From Vicugna vicugna (lineage: Eukaryota), in contig MU058531.1 of the NCBI GenBank assembly GCA_013265495.1, positions 1,736,911 to 1,800,910 of the forward strand: 64,000 bases of DNA, in the 5' to 3' direction. How positions within the stretch are numbered: the stretch's first letter is position 1; each line of letters begins with the position of its first letter. The position numbers were made by a program, and so were the translations under genes. The notes below the pieces were generated by a model that had not been told where the DNA came from, searched no databases, and worked only from the letters and a program-made list of their open reading frames with translations. Below are positions 27,821 to 42,420 of the stretch, piece by piece.

Positions 27821-28134
27821 GTAGTTCTGAGTCTAATAGTGATAGAGACTGCAGTTTAAAATTCGAAATACTGAATGTCATTGACCATACCTGCTCGGAT
27901 GCTTTAAGGTAAAAGTAGCTATAAGATGCTTTTAGGTATTTTGTCCATCCAACACAAGTTTTGGCAAACCTTAAAGCTCATTCCTGGGAAATCTATCTTT
28001 TTAACTTATAAAGAAGAATATACTTTTTGTCTTTTGTGTCATATAGGAAATCTCTTTAGAAGTTTACAAATCTTAAATTTAGTGGTATTAATACTCTTAA
28101 AAGAAAATACAGTAAGGTATGTATTTTAGATTTC

Positions 28135-28241
28135 TTTTTTTTTTTTTTTTTTTTTTTTTTAGTCCATCTATTTATTTATTAATTTTGGTGGAGGTACTGG
28201 GGATTGAACCTGGGTCTACCACTGAGCTATACCCTCCCCCC
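28135..28241 (-). mobile_element. vic-1-like SINE with internal deletion
   Basis: T26 tail, perfect TSD TTTAGATTTC (28125-28134, 28242-28251); lacks the anticodon-arm segment. Confidence 0.85.
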
Positions 28242-29699
28242 TTTAGATTTCAATATGCTAAGTGTCTATGATCAGTTCCCTGCTTTCCATAAGAGGAGAA
28301 TATTGGTGCAAATAACCCATAAGTCATTTGACTTTGAAATATTTTTCAGCAGCTTTATCTTACTGTTTCAGTTGGGATAACATTAGAGTGTTCACTTGCT
28401 AGTTCCTAAGCATGCATGCCACTGTATGATGTGATCCAGTTGTTTGCAGGGTGATGAGGAAAGAACATTTGCAAATAAATGTGCCTAAGTTTTTGTGATT
28501 AGTATTCCTGATTGGCCCTTTACCTACTGCCCTATCCTGTTAGAGAACTAGAGTAACAGAGGAAGCAAGTAGTAGTATACATCCTTCACAGGGAGAACTG
28601 TCAGCTTTTTATGAAGTTAGACTGTAATGTGGCCTTTTCACCATCTCCTGAATCTCCACCCACCTCCTCCTTTTCATGCTTACCAGCTGAGGAAGACTGT
28701 GACCTAAAATACTTAAATTTTGCCCTCTTAGAAGGTTCTTGCTCTCCACATACAGGCCACCATTATCAGAGGTGTCTTCTCCACTTTGTTAATCCACTCA
28801 CACTTGTCATCACCATCACACAAATCTGCCCCCAGATGGTCTGCCAGTAATACGCTCTAGACCAGTGCTGCACAAAAGTGGCCTGCAGGTGGGGTTGGTC
28901 TACAAACTGTTACCAGCCCATGGAGAGAGGAAAACAAAAATTGAGAGGGAACTGTTATAGCAGTTTGACATCAATGCAAAGTTTTTAATTTCTTTAAAAT
29001 ATTGGTCTGCAACAAATTGGAAATAAAGAGAAAATTTTTTTTAAATTAGTGCCTCACAGATAATTTGGAAAGGTAGAAGAAAACCATGTGTTTGTTTACC
29101 ACTAGACCCATCACTTCGCACATACTGACACATAATAATTTGCTCAGTAAATTTTTGTGGAGTGAATAGTGATTAAGTGATTGGGCTCTAGGGTCACTTG
29201 GATCTGGATTTGAATTTTACCCTACCCCTCAGCAACTTTACAACCTTGAACAAATTACATAACCTTTATAAGCCTTACAGTACTTATTTCATAGGGTTAT
29301 TGAGCTAAATGATTTTCTGTATGTGCCACTAAGTGCTATACTTGCCAGAAACTGCTTATTGTAACTATATTATTTCTCTGAATCCCCAGGACCAGGGGTT
29401 GGGTTTTCTTGCTTGTCATGGAGATACAGAACATAGAATTTTAAGCAGCAAAATTTATTAGCCGCTGATCCCTTTGTTCAGATGAAATCTTAAGAAGCTC
29501 AAAATGTGAAGTATATAAGTCCCTAGGTGCCTGAGGATCTGTTTGGGAATGACTGAGAAAGCACACAGACATTACAACAGCCTGGTTAGGGGAGGAAGAC
29601 ATACCCACAACCCAAGCTGCATCATTTCCACAGGACAGAAGAAACAAGCACCTCTCAAATGGACTCGTGATCAAAAGTCCAGAGCAATCCATTGTAAGC

Positions 29700-32600
29700 A
29701 CAAGTCAGCAGACACAGCCTTGGAGGACTGCCCCCCCACTACAGATTTAATGTAGAATAACTATGGAATAAGAATGTTTAAAATGATTGTGGGAGAGGAA
29801 AACATAAAAACCATTAGAAAAGATGACAGTGTGAAAAAGGCAAAGTAGATCTGAAAAGCTAAATGTTTTGGAACTAAAAAATGTATAATTAATGAAATTT
29901 AAAGGTCAGTGGACAGATTAAACCACAGATTTGGCATATTTGAAGAGAGACTTGATGAACTAGAACATTAATTAGAAAAATACCCAGATTATAACAGGAA
30001 GGAATGGAAAACAGGAAAGGGCTAAGAGACAGAGAATAGAAGGAAGAAGATCCAACACAGAGAATAGGGGACGTAAGAGCTTTGAAGATTTTTCCAGAAT
30101 TATAAAGGAGACATGAATCCTCACATTGAAGAAGCATAACAAATATCTAGGAGAGAGAGTAATAACAAGTCTGCTTCTACACATACAGTACAATTGCAAA
30201 AGACAAGAGAAAAAGTTAAAAGCAACTAAAAAAAGACATTGCCTGCAAAGGAATAATTACACTGGTAGCAGGCTTTTCAGTGACAGCAGTATAGGTCAGA
30301 AGACAGTAAAATCACTTGTCAAGTGCTTGAAAAAAAAAACTTGTTGATAGCCTTGAATTCTATAGAGAGAAATTAGCATTCAAGAGAGGATGAAAAACAC
30401 TTTCAGATTTTGCTGGAAGAACCCATATAGGATTGTTCTTCAGGAAAGAAGCAGTTAAATCCAGAAGGAAGGTGTGGACTGCAAAGAAGCATGGTGAACA
30501 AAGAAATTGGTGAACAGACTGAAATCATACTCATGTATAAAAAGAGAGTAAGTAAGTATTAACTGATAAGGAATTATCTTCAAGATACAATAAGTGAAAA
30601 AAAGCAGGGAGTTGACCGATACGTATAATTTGCTACTGTTTGTATAAAATAGCAAAAAGTACAATACACATTTGCTCCTTTATACGTAAAATAACTCCAG
30701 GATACACAAACTCGGGAGGACATCTGGGTGCCAGGGGGACAGAGGTGTTAAAGAGACTTTTTACTGTACGTTCTTTTATTCTTTTTGAATTTTTTAGCAG
30801 GACTATGTTATCAAGTTAAATAAAACTGTAATTAACCATTGTCTATAAAAATACTGTAGAAGTAATAGATTTGAGATTTTGAAAGCAAGGTGGAATTTAA
30901 AGTACTGCTTGACAATATAGAAGATAGAAACTAACATGTTGATAAACTTCAGAGCTTGTTAACTATGCACACTAAAATTTTAGGAATAATCACTAAATGA
31001 ATAGAAATAGAACTGTAAAGGTGGAAAAAAGGTATAAAAATGAATAACAACACTTCAGCAGAAACGGGAATAATAGGTGACTCACGTACTTTTTTCTCCT
31101 AAAAGAGGTGAAAGAATCTAGAGTGACTAGGAAATATCTGTAAGGGCTAAGAATAGGCTCGACATTGCTGAACGGAAAAAAAAAGGCAGGAGGACCAGAC
31201 GTCAAGAATAGCATCAATACTCCAGGAACTAAGTGTACTATTATTGGTTCAGGGGTAGGTTCACCTGACCAACTGATGAGTAGAGTGTAAATGGGATTTT
31301 TATATACACCAGAGGTAGCATTACAGATTATGCAGAAAGAAGGACTCATACATGTATATCACCTTATTCCCCAAGTGCTTGTGGGACAGTCACAAAAATT
31401 GTCCATGCACTTGATCATAAAGAAAACTTTAATAAATTCCAAAAACTAGAAATAACACAGACAACATCCTCTGATAACAATTCATCAAAACTGGAAATTA
31501 GCAACAAAGGTAGCAAAAAAAAAACCATAAATATCTGGGTGCTTCAGACGTTTCCTTGGTTCAATTAGGAAAGTAAAGCTGAAATTGCAGAATAGTTAAC
31601 TAAATAGGATAAAAAGAACACTATCAAAATATGTGACACTGAAAGCAGTGTTTAAAATATTTTGATACCTTAAATACTTAGAATAAGAAACAACAAAATA
31701 AAAATTAAATAAGAGGTCACTAATAGAACTGAAAGTAAATCAAGGGAAGGGCTTAGTAAAAATAAAAGCAGGAACTAATGAATACTCAAGAAAACAATTG
31801 AATAGAAGAAATAAATGCAAAAACTAATTCTTCAAGGGAATGAAGTGGATTCAAGGAAATCATAAATCCACAGTATATAATTTTTATTGGAGGGGTTAAC
31901 CACAAATACAGAGAATATTTTTTAAAATTTTGAAGACATTTTTGCTCAACTCCATGCAAATAAGAAATGTATATGAGACCTAGGGTGATATTCTAGTAAA
32001 ACATAAATGACCAAAACTAGCCCCAGGAAGAAAGAAATCTAAAACCAAATGCAAAAGAAGAAAGAAAGATAGAGCATAGAATTAATACCAAATATCAACA
32101 AGGTAGTACAAAAAAAGGATATTAATGCACACACCTTTAAAATAATTGCAAACAAAATCCAGCAGAATACTACCCATGGGAAATAGGGATTAACTGTAAA
32201 TCTGCATGTGAGGGAACTTCAGGTGACAGAAACAAACTAAAGTGGATTTTTAACATGTATGTTACAGATTTATGAAAGTTAACTATATACATAAAATGAG
32301 TGAATTATAAGGTATGTAAACTACACCTCAATAAAGTGGTAAAAATAATACATAATGACCAGTTAAGAGTTCATATCAAAAAAGCAAGGATGGTTCACCA
32401 TTAGAAAATACTGTAATTCACCCTATCAATAGCTCACAGGGCAAAAATTAGATAATAATCCCCCTAGATGATGAAAAAGCATTTGGCAAATAAAAATAGA
32501 AGTATTATACCTCCTAATATGTATTATATAAATCAGTTTTAATATAGCCAGAAGCTAGCCTCATGTAGAAACACTAGGAGCATTTAAATCAAGAGTCAGA

Positions 32601-34790
32601 TAAGATTGTCCATTATCACTGTTCAACATTTTTCCAGAAGTACTAGCTAATGCTGTTAGTCAAGAAGGAAAAAAAAAAAAAGTTACAATGTTAAAGGAGA
32701 ATGTAAACTTATTTTTGCTTACAATTTATATTATCTGAAAAACTCAAACTCAACTGAAAAACTCAAAAAAGTTCAGTAAGTTGAATAGGTACAAAATTAA
32801 TTTTAAAAATAGACTTCCTATTTACGCATAAAAAGTAGTTGTAAGATGTAATGAAAGAAATGATCCTATTTATAACAACAATATAATCTGAGTAAACAAT
32901 AAATATTTAATGTTACATAGATACAAAATAAGTGGCACAAATCAAATGTCATATGCTATTCTTGGACAGAAAAGTTCACTCTTATAGTGATTTCAGTTCT
33001 CCCTAATTAAGTATATGAATTTGCCATGACCTAATATACCAACCCCTTTGAGGGAAGGGGTGGGAAACTAAACTGATTCTAAAGCTACTGTGGAAAAACA
33101 GATGTACAAGGATTCTTATAAAAAGTATCTGGGAAAGAAGGATACTGAAGGGCTGCTAGCCATATCACATATTAAAAATATGTTTTAAACTATTACTAAG
33201 ACAGTAATACTGGCAATAAGCTAATCACTGGAATGAAATAGTCCAGAAATGGTCTCAAATCCACAGTGTATGGTAAAGGTAGGATACTAGGAAACTGGGG
33301 GAGAGATAATGGTCTTGCAACAACTGAAGAGACATCTGGACAAAATAAAGTTGAACCCTTGTTTCACACATCAAAAATATTTCAGTTGAGTCATGTAATG
33401 ATAGAAAATAAAACTACAAAATTACATAGACTGGGATTTCAAAATTGTAGAATAGATAAACAGGATTACACTGTATAGCACAGGGAAATATACACAAAAT
33501 GTTATGATAAATCACAGAGAAAAAAAATGTGACAATGAGTGTGTATATGTCCATGAATGACTGAAAAATTGTGCTGAACACTGGAATTTGACACAACATT
33601 GTAAAATGATTATAAATCAATAAAAAATGTTAAAAAAAAACCTACAACATTACAAGAAGAAAAGCATAGTGATGTTACCAATTAATGCTATAGCAAAGGC
33701 CTCTCTAATTATAAACAAAACCCAAAAGCTATGAACAGAGAGATTGATAAATCCAACTTCACAAAAATTTTGTGTCTGCAAATAAAATTAAAAGATAAAT
33801 GGCAAACTAACAAATATTTGCAACCCATGAACAAGGAATTTTTTTAATATTAAAAGCTCCTCAAAAATCAAGAAATACCAACAACCCAAAGAAAATGAGC
33901 AATATACAGAAAAATAAATTAAAATGGCACTTAAAGAAGAAAAATGCCACTTAACTATATACTGTGATACCATTTTCCATCTCTCCTGTTAGTAAAGGTG
34001 AAAGAGTGATACTCAAAATATTTAACACCCAAGAACTGGTCAGTGAGATCAGATTCTGAAGCCTCCGTATTGTGCCTGGTGTTAATACTTTTAGAGGCTG
34101 GATTGTGGGAGGTTGTGGGGGAACTCAAACTCTGAGGTATCAGAGAAGAGCACTCATTAGATTTGGGGCAGCAGCTAGTTAACAGTGGGTACGGAAGTGC
34201 TGATACTTAACACCCAGGACAGTCCCACTGGTGCAACAGCTACTTAGCCCTTGTGGAAGAGATACCTCTCACATCATTGAGAAACACCCTCTAGAAGGAA
34301 AACTGAGCAATACTTGTCCAAATTTTAAATGGGTATACCCTTAGAGTAAAAGGACTTGTGATAAGGAAATACATTACAGCACTATTTGGGAAAACAGAGT
34401 TATAAATAGCGCATCTCTCCAGTTGGGGATGGGTTAAATTATACACCAGATAGTCTGGAGTCAGGAAGAGAATGAGCGAGTCCTACAGGTACTGATCAAG
34501 ATGGATTATTGACTAGAAAAAAAGAAAGATTCAGAACTGTGTGTATAGTAGTAACAACTATACATTGTAAAAAAATAGAGAGGAAACACCAACATACAGG
34601 CTCGTTTGCGCACAGGTTATCTTGGCGAGGTGGATTCAAGGAAGTGGTAATGATGAGATCTGGGTGGTACGAGACATAGGGGTGGAATGAAAGCTAACTT
34701 TCCATTCTGTATTTATTATATTTAATCTCTTGTGCTCTGTGCACTCACTTAAAAATATAATTTGTTAAATGACAAGATTTGAGTTAGATA
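29700..34790 (+). mobile_element. Highly decayed old L1 (ORF1, ORF2 and 3'UTR remnants) with nested younger insertions
   Basis: A-rich + strand with L1 ORF2-like phrases (AAAGCAAGGATGGTTCACCATTAGAAAA; TAGATGATGAAAAAGCATTTG; TTCAACATT...AGAAGTACTAGCTAATGC; GGTACAAAATTAAT); no intact ORF. Confidence 0.75.
33427..33641 (+). mobile_element. Young 5'-truncated L1 3'UTR nested in the old L1
   Basis: Poly(A) end; TSD CTACAA(A/C)ATTACA at 33414-33426 and 33642-33654; near-identical to the inverted copy at 47.2-47.4 kb. Confidence 0.85.
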
Positions 34791-34819
34791 ATATCAAAAA
34801 GTTCTTTTAATCTGTAAGT

Positions 34820-35620
34820 CTGCAAAAGTGTGACCAAAGCTGAACTGAGAAGTCCCCCAGATCTGCTCTGCCTTCAGTCTTCCTCTTCGTAGTGAAAGGC
34901 CTCTCTATGTTTTCAGATGTTCAAGACAAAAACCTTGGAAGTCAGCATCCTGTTTCCCTCACAGCCTACATCAACCCACTTGGCCACCCTGGTCCACTGC
35001 CACCCGCTCCCCCTCCCACCCCCAGATCCCTTAGTCTACTTTCAACTCAGGAGCCAGTGATCGTGTTGAAGCATAAGTCACCTATGTCACGTCTTTTGCT
35101 CCAAACCCTGCAGGACTCCACGTTTCACTTAGAGTAAAAAGCTGAAGTTCGTAAAATGCCCGGCTTGACCCTAGGTGACCTGCCTCAGCTCTCCTGTGAT
35201 AACAATTGCCCCTCTTCCCCTGGCCACTCCAGCCTTGTAACACGGCCATGCCCCGACCTTCAGGGCCTTTGCAGGGGCTGCTCCTGCAGCCAGAATGCTT
35301 TTCCCCAGCATTCCCCATGACTTACTCCTCACCTTCCTGGTTATTCAGATGTCACCTTCTCAGGGAGGTTCTCCAGAACCACCTTACTTTATATTCCATT
35401 GAATCCTACCCCAACTCCCACAACTCACTCCCAATCTTCTATTTTTCCCTATTAAACTAAAATTCTCAATTCCTATAATTTGCTTAACGTATTTATTCTC
35501 AGTCTCCCTGCACTAAAAGGTAAATTTCACAAGGATAGATTCCACTGATGTAGCCCCAGTGCCTAGAACAGTGCCTGGCATATAGATAGTGCTCCATAAG
35601 CAATTGTTGAGTGAATGAAT
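34820..35620 (+). mobile_element. L2a-like 3' portion
   Basis: Ends CCCCAGTGCCTAGAACAGTGCCTGGCATATAG...TTGTTGAGTGAATGAAT. Confidence 0.8.
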
Positions 35621-38406
35621 AGACTTATATGATCTTTGTTCTTTTAGTCTCCTCACCATGTATGGAGAAATGGCTAGTAGTGCCATTACCAGCAGCAACA
35701 GCAACAGCAACAAGAACATAGTTATGTATCAGATCCACTACCAGCAATAACAGTAATACCAATAATCATCACTTTTAAAACTCACCATCAGTAATAGCAT
35801 CAATAACCACAATTAGTTATCAATTCACTGTCAGTTACATCAGTACTCACAATAGTCATATATAAATTCATAAACCAGATAATCCCACATGAAGGGAACT
35901 GGAGCTCCAGAGCTAAAGAAACTTGCCAAAAACCAAGGCTGGTAAGTCTTTCTCCCATTCCCTTTCACCTGTGTTCCTCAACCCTCCTGAGTGTGCTGTG
36001 CTCTTGGCGAGCAGTAAATCAGCCCCGGGGAGACAGTAGTCTTTCATCAAGGCTCTGTGGGAATGTCACTGGTTGCCTGTACCTTTTGGAGATGCAGGAT
36101 GGGTAGGTCTCTCCGACTTTCCTGATAGGTTCTGTCTCATGATGGGTGGTCACTGCCATGTGCCTTTCCCGGAGCCAGCACTCCTTCCCACCCCTGTCGG
36201 CATGCAGAATCAGTCAGAGGAGCTTTCTGACCCTAATGGCAGAAAACTGCCTCCATGCCCTTGGATAGACTTGGACCGAGAAGGAAGTTGATAAAAATCT
36301 AACTGTGCCTGCCTCAGTGCCTCCCCTCTTGAAATAGATGCTGGAAAGGATGTTTTTACTTAGACTTTCTAATCAGCTGAATTTTAAACTGACTGGCTGG
36401 AAGAACAGATGGATTCTGGATGAAGCTGTAATTTAGAGGTTGAAACTGATTTCTTTTGATAGTTTCCACCCTACATTTTTGTCAAGAGAGAATAATGGGA
36501 ACTCTTCCAGGGGAGTGTTCTGTACCAGAAAGAGAAGAATGTTTCTGTTCTGACCACTGAATAAAGGAAGGATGAATCTAGGCAGAAATAACCTGGCTGA
36601 AGTTTAGTAGATTTTAATATAAAAAGACGCAGATTCCAGTGGAAGGGAATATAGTCCATTTGTATTTATAGACAGGGATTAAACAAGCTAATCTGACAGG
36701 AGTCTGTGCAGGCAGTTGTTTGGGAACAGGATAGATCCATCTGCGTGCAAAGAATTGTGAATGAATAAGGATCCATGGCTCAGTGGGCAGGCAGGGCATA
36801 GGGGAGACCACCAGTCCAGATAATCAGACATCCACTGTTTGGTTCCATTGTATCCAAATGTGAGAAGCTGCTTTCCAGTCCCCCACATACAAAGCTCTTT
36901 TTTGGACTTTATTGAGGCATGATCCCGGCTGCTTTACTCAAACTGCCAACCTCAGAAGGAGTTTTGCTTGATGGCGTCTGGCAGCTCAGCTTTGCCCCCA
37001 AGTAGATTTATGAGCTGTGAAAGATGGTCAAATTAACACCCTAAGCATTCCTGATAGGATTAGCAGGTCGGAGACATGCTGGTATTTGCATACCGCCCTG
37101 GTGTAGCACACCATCTTTGTGTCTTCCCAGCCCTCCTGGGTGGGGTTTGGAGAGGGTGAGTAGGAGGTAACACCCACAGCCCTCTCCCAGCTGGCAACAC
37201 AAAGGGTCACCGTGAGATTCCAGATGATATTATTTGGCTTTTAACATGCTCTGATGGCAGCATCCCTCAATCAAAGGGACGGAACTGAACTAGTAAATGC
37301 ACACCCTTTCAGGGCTGGATACCCGCCCATGACTGCCTCTGGAGAGAAAGAGCCAGTCTTTTCTCTGGGGTGGGATTGACTCCTCCAACCGCCCTGACAA
37401 GCGCTGGAGACGGACCTTAAAACATTCATTTAAGTAGTAGTAATTACTGATTGTTCTGATTGTAACAGTAAAGCACAATCATTGTAGAAAATTTGGGAAA
37501 GACTGAAAAATACATCTAAGTAAAACTCATCCATCATCCCATTACTTACAAATAGCTTACTGTTAACATTTTAGTGTATTTATTTACAATCTGTTTTCTC
37601 CGCATATTGACAGGTAATTTGTTGGTTTTGTTTTAACAAAGCCAGATCATATTGGTTAACCTGAATTATAATCTTTTCATATTATATCCAAAGCATTTCC
37701 CCATGTTACTAAATAGCTCTTTTTGGAAAAGCTTCTTTTAAATGACTGCATAGTGTTCTATCATATAAAGTGTTTCAACTTAGGTTGCATTACCCAAAGT
37801 AACGTGTTTTACTTCAGGGGACAATGTGCATGAACAAGTGTGTGACACACAAACAAGAGGCAGTGTTTAGACTCTTCCCCTGAATTTGCACCAACTGATG
37901 CTAAAACATAAGACTATATATAATAATTAAAATATGTGTGATTATTGTAAGAAGAGTGAAAATTATTGAAACAATAAAAATAGTATTTCAAATCAATAGG
38001 GAAAGAATGAATTATAAAAGAGGTCCTAATGGAAGTGATTAACTGTTGAAGGAAAAACTAAAATTAAGGTAAATCCTTCATTTTGAAATCATATTTTGAA
38101 AAAAAATTCCATATGGATCTAAGTCAAAAAAAAAGTTTAATAGAGCTAGAAGATGACAAAGGTGAATATTTTTATGACCTGAAGATGAGGAAGCATAAAA
38201 GCAAAAGAAAGATTTATACATCAAAAGATTGAGGTGTGGTTTTAAATTCTGATACATAAAAAATAGAGAATTAAAAAAAAAGAAAAACAACATAGATCAG
38301 AAATATAGTGGAAAAATTTCAACATTAGAATTAATAAAATGAACAAAAGCTAAAACTTAATTTCAATTTTATCTATCAAATTGGCTTTTTTTTTTAAAGA
38401 ATGGTG

Positions 38407-38544
38407 GGGAGGGGATAGCTCAGTGGTAGAGGATATAGGTTAGCATACACGACATCCTGGGTTCAATCCCAGTACCTCCATTAAAAATAAATGAAATAAA
38501 CCTAATTACCTCCCCTCAACCCCCAAAAAATTAGAATTAAAAAA
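38407..38544 (+). mobile_element. vic-1-like SINE
   Basis: GGGAGGGGATAGCTCAGTGGTAGAG...GGGTTCAATCCCAGTACCTCCA; TSD AAAGAATG(G/A)TG at 38396-38406 and 38545-38555. Confidence 0.88.
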
Positions 38545-39577
38545 AAAGAATGATGCTCTGTGATAGAGGTGCTAAAAATGGGTACTCTCATGTACTGTTG
38601 GTGGGAGTGCATATTGGTGGGACCCATCTGGAGATTAATTTGTAAATCTGTAAATCATAAAACAGCATTTCCTAGCCCTCCTTTTCAGAGAGTAAAAGAA
38701 ATAATAATAAATATCATCCATTGTGTGGTGTTATATATCAGACCTTTTACCTAAATAAGCATTAGTTGTCATAGCAAACATGTTACTTTGTCTATAATGA
38801 TGCCCATTTTATAGACCAGGAAAGTAGGGGTTAAATATTTGTAAGCTGTGTGTATTTCATTGTTCTGACACTATTTCCCATGTGTTGTTATTTTTTCTTT
38901 TGGTCCTAACAGAGATAATAAATTAAAAGCATTAGCCCCCATTGCCCCAAGTAAAGTTTAAAGGAAAATCCTCATTCACAGTTCTTCAGCTGCCTTCTGA
39001 AGTCTTCAGAGCTGCCCGCCAGAGAGGGTGTGGAAGGAGTAAGCTCTGTCCTCTGAGGCCTGCTGACTGAAGAGTTCCATCATCACAGCAGCACATACTC
39101 AGGCCCCCAATCATAGAGGTTAGGGATAACTGAGTGATAGAAGTTTACCTCTGTAGTCGAAATCCCACTGGAACCCTCTAAGGAATGGAGTGGAGCCAAG
39201 AAATGTTATGAGAAAACCCTGTAAGTTAAGGTTGGAAAATAACTTTCTTGATTCCCCAGGACTCTTACCATCGAGGTACTCCACCCTGTCTCATGCGTAA
39301 GCCCTGATCACTCTGTGGCATGTTATACTATTGTATGACTGCCACTGGCTATTTTTTTAAAGCATGTATTTGGGCTTTTTGTCATTTATTTTCAGGATTA
39401 AGTTGTTGTTTGTGTTATTGGTGATATAAAAATGGGTTTTCAAAACAGTGCCCTCATTCCTAACCTTATATCTATAGAAAATAAATTCAAATTTTAGGAT
39501 TCAATTAAGGACTGTCATCTAGGAATCATTTAGATTGTCTTATAAAGTAGGAGGTTATGTAACTTCCTTGTGTTAGA

Positions 39578-39750
39578 GAGGGGTTCTCAGCGCTGGTTGC
39601 CAGTAGAATCACCTGAGGATTCTAAAAACTGCTGCATGGGCCTTACTTCCAGAGATTCTGATTCAGTGGGTCAGGAGGGGACTTAGAGTATTGGCTTTTT
39701 TTTTTTTTAATCCCAAGAAATTCTAATGTGCAGCCAGAGTTGAGAGCCGC
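39578..39750. mobile_element. MER5A-like MITE
   Basis: GGTTCTCAG...AGAATCACCTGAGG...CAGAGATTCTGATTCAGTGGGTC...TTCTAATGTGCAGCCAGAGTTGAGAGCC. Confidence 0.7.
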
Positions 39751-42420
39751 AATATTTGATCCCTTGTTCAATTGCCTTTCCAGCTGGGCTGCTGGCTGCA
39801 CGTAGACAGGGACCACGTCAGTCTTGTTCATGACTGTCTTCCAGCAACCCGCCCAAGGACATGGACGTATGTTTTAAATGAATGCAGTGATATCCTTGGG
39901 AGTTCATTGATTCAAGACCTGAGTGACAGCCTATTTAGACCCCATCACTGGCTTCCATGGAGGGTGCTGAAGGCTCTGAGAACCAGTTTGAGGCCAGGTG
40001 GGAGGTAACTGGAGGAAGCAGGTGAGGATAAGCACGTGATGGGTGACCAGGGTAGCAGAGGGTTTAGCAAGCGTTGGAGGCAGGCTCAGCTGGCCTTGAG
40101 TGTGAGAAGACTGATTCAGTGTAAAAGGCAATTACTCACCCCTTGAAGGGCCCAGGGATGTCAATCATTTGAGGAAAGTGAGATATGGGCCAGTTACGAG
40201 CTTGCCATAGAGACGGGAGTTGGCCAGGCCTAGGGAGCTGTTGGGATGCTCATGTTCAGAGCCATGCTTCTGCTTGTCTATAATTCCAAGCACGAAGTTG
40301 TGCTATAAATCAGAGCTCTGGAGGCTACAGTCATGTTCAGAGGGGCGGCCCAAGGAAGATTGATGAGAATTGATTAAGGGGGGTACATAGAAGAAAGGGG
40401 GAATAAACAGCCAGCATGGAGCCGTTCCGAAGGCTAGGGAGCTAGAGGGACGAGATGCTGCTTTGGATTTTCTGTAAGTCACTGTTTGAAAGGATGAAGG
40501 GAGGTCCATGGGCTGGCTTCTTTAAAACAGTGATTTGTTTTTTTCTGGCCCTGAAACAAAACCATATTGGCCATGCCTGGTATAAAGAAAGAGGGATGGG
40601 AGGCCAAAGTGTAATTTATATCTATATATGTTTTAAAATATTAATTATTTAATTTTTGAGTCAGTATTATATTTACATGATTCAAAAACACTAAAATGCA
40701 AAAAAAGATATTCAATAAAGAAAGTCTCTTCTATCCCCAGTCATCCAATTCTCCCACATTGGATAAATGCTATTATTTGTCTCTCGAGTACCCTACCAGA
40801 GATTTTAATGCAAATATGAATGTATATATGGATATATATTTTTGACCCTACCTTTAAAATTCATATCATACACACTATTCTGCATCTTCTGTTTTTCACT
40901 CAACAATGTATCTTATGGATCTCTCCGGATTATAAGCACATCGAGAGCATCCTCGGCTTCTTCACAATGCGTGGTATTTCATTTTGTGGATGTGCCACAA
41001 TCTGTTTTACCCTTCTCCTACTGATGGGTACTGACAAGGTTTCAAACATGTGCCATTACAAAAAAAAAAAATCTTCAGTGAACAACTATATGATCATGTC
41101 ATGTTTTAAATGCGTGAGTATGTGGGTTGGGTCAATTCCCAGAAGTGGAATTGCTGGTCAAAGGGAATGATGGGGGAGACCAAAGTGTAGTTTAAAAAAG
41201 TAAAATGCACGTAGTGAAAATCAAAAGGTACCAAAAGGTATAGCGTGAAAAGCAAGCCTCCCTCCCACACTCTCCCTTGCCACTCAGTTCCCTTCATAGA
41301 AGTAACAGCATTATCACTCTCCTGTGCGTTTCCCCGGAGAATCTGTGCACAATCAAATATGTAAGTATATATGGATTTCTTTTTCTCTTAATTTGTTAAA
41401 TACAAATAGTAGTACACAAGACACCTTGCTTTCATTTCTCTCTACAATTTTTCTCCAAGATAATTCCATGTTAGAATCATGTTGCCTCAATCTACAGGGG
41501 AATTTTCTAATCATACTCCAGTGTGCTACAGCTGTAATCATTATTTTTCTTTAAGTGTCTTTTCTCATCCAGCCAGAAAGCAGTTTAGCTCAAGACTGAG
41601 ATTCTCATAGACTTGAAAAAACTCTGAGAGGTTAATCTGTTTTAAAATGTGGGAGTCTGTTTTATTTGCATCTCCATCTCTGTGAACCATGGTTGTCGGG
41701 GAAGAAAGGTGATTCAAGGAGGTAAAACAGAATGAAGCCTCACGTGTGCTCTGCATTCTCTGACTTCCTAAGTCCTGGTGGACACCTGGAATCTGTCATA
41801 TCAGGCTCCTGCAAGTCTCCTAAACTCATTCAGCCTTCCCCTGTTTTACACATTGGTGTTATGCAGAAGATTTTGTTAGAAATAAGGATCTGGGTCTGAT
41901 ATACCCTCCCTGGATTTCAGAAGAGGGTAATGAGGCCAAGAGAGGTTGAACAACTCATTCAAGGCCACCCAACTGGTATAAGCAGGACCAGAACAAAGGT
42001 CTCCCAAGCAAGGTCCACATCCTTCTCTCCTCATGCCAGAACCCTCATCAGCCTTCTCAGGACACCTTGTGTCCTAAGTTGACAGCAGAATGTTTCACCA
42101 GCTCCTCCAGGTGACACCTGTTCAAGTCACCACCACACCACCCAAACCCAAAGAACCACTTAAAGAGTGGACGCTCCAGGCATCCCAGAAGAACCACTGG
42201 GAGGGCGTTCCAGGAAGAAGACAGTGGACAGACACCTGATCTGTCCAGCGGCACACAGGGCTGCTTGATGCAAGGCCAAGGAAACCCTAGGCCCAAGAAC
42301 TCACAAGAACCACGAATCAAAATGAAACACGCCTGAGTCTTGTTTAGGTGCCACGTTACCAAACGTGATTCTTAACCAGAATCACCTGGACAACCTGCAG
42401 GTTTAAAATGGCCTCCCCAG

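Noticed and set aside
35680..35870. Poly-Gln-like CAG/CAA run
   Set aside because: Degenerate trinucleotide low-complexity DNA next to an L2 tail, with no exon context
38407..38480. Genuine tRNA-Ala genes (here and at the other SINE heads)
   Set aside because: Degenerate cloverleaves followed by a SINE body, A-rich tails and TSDs
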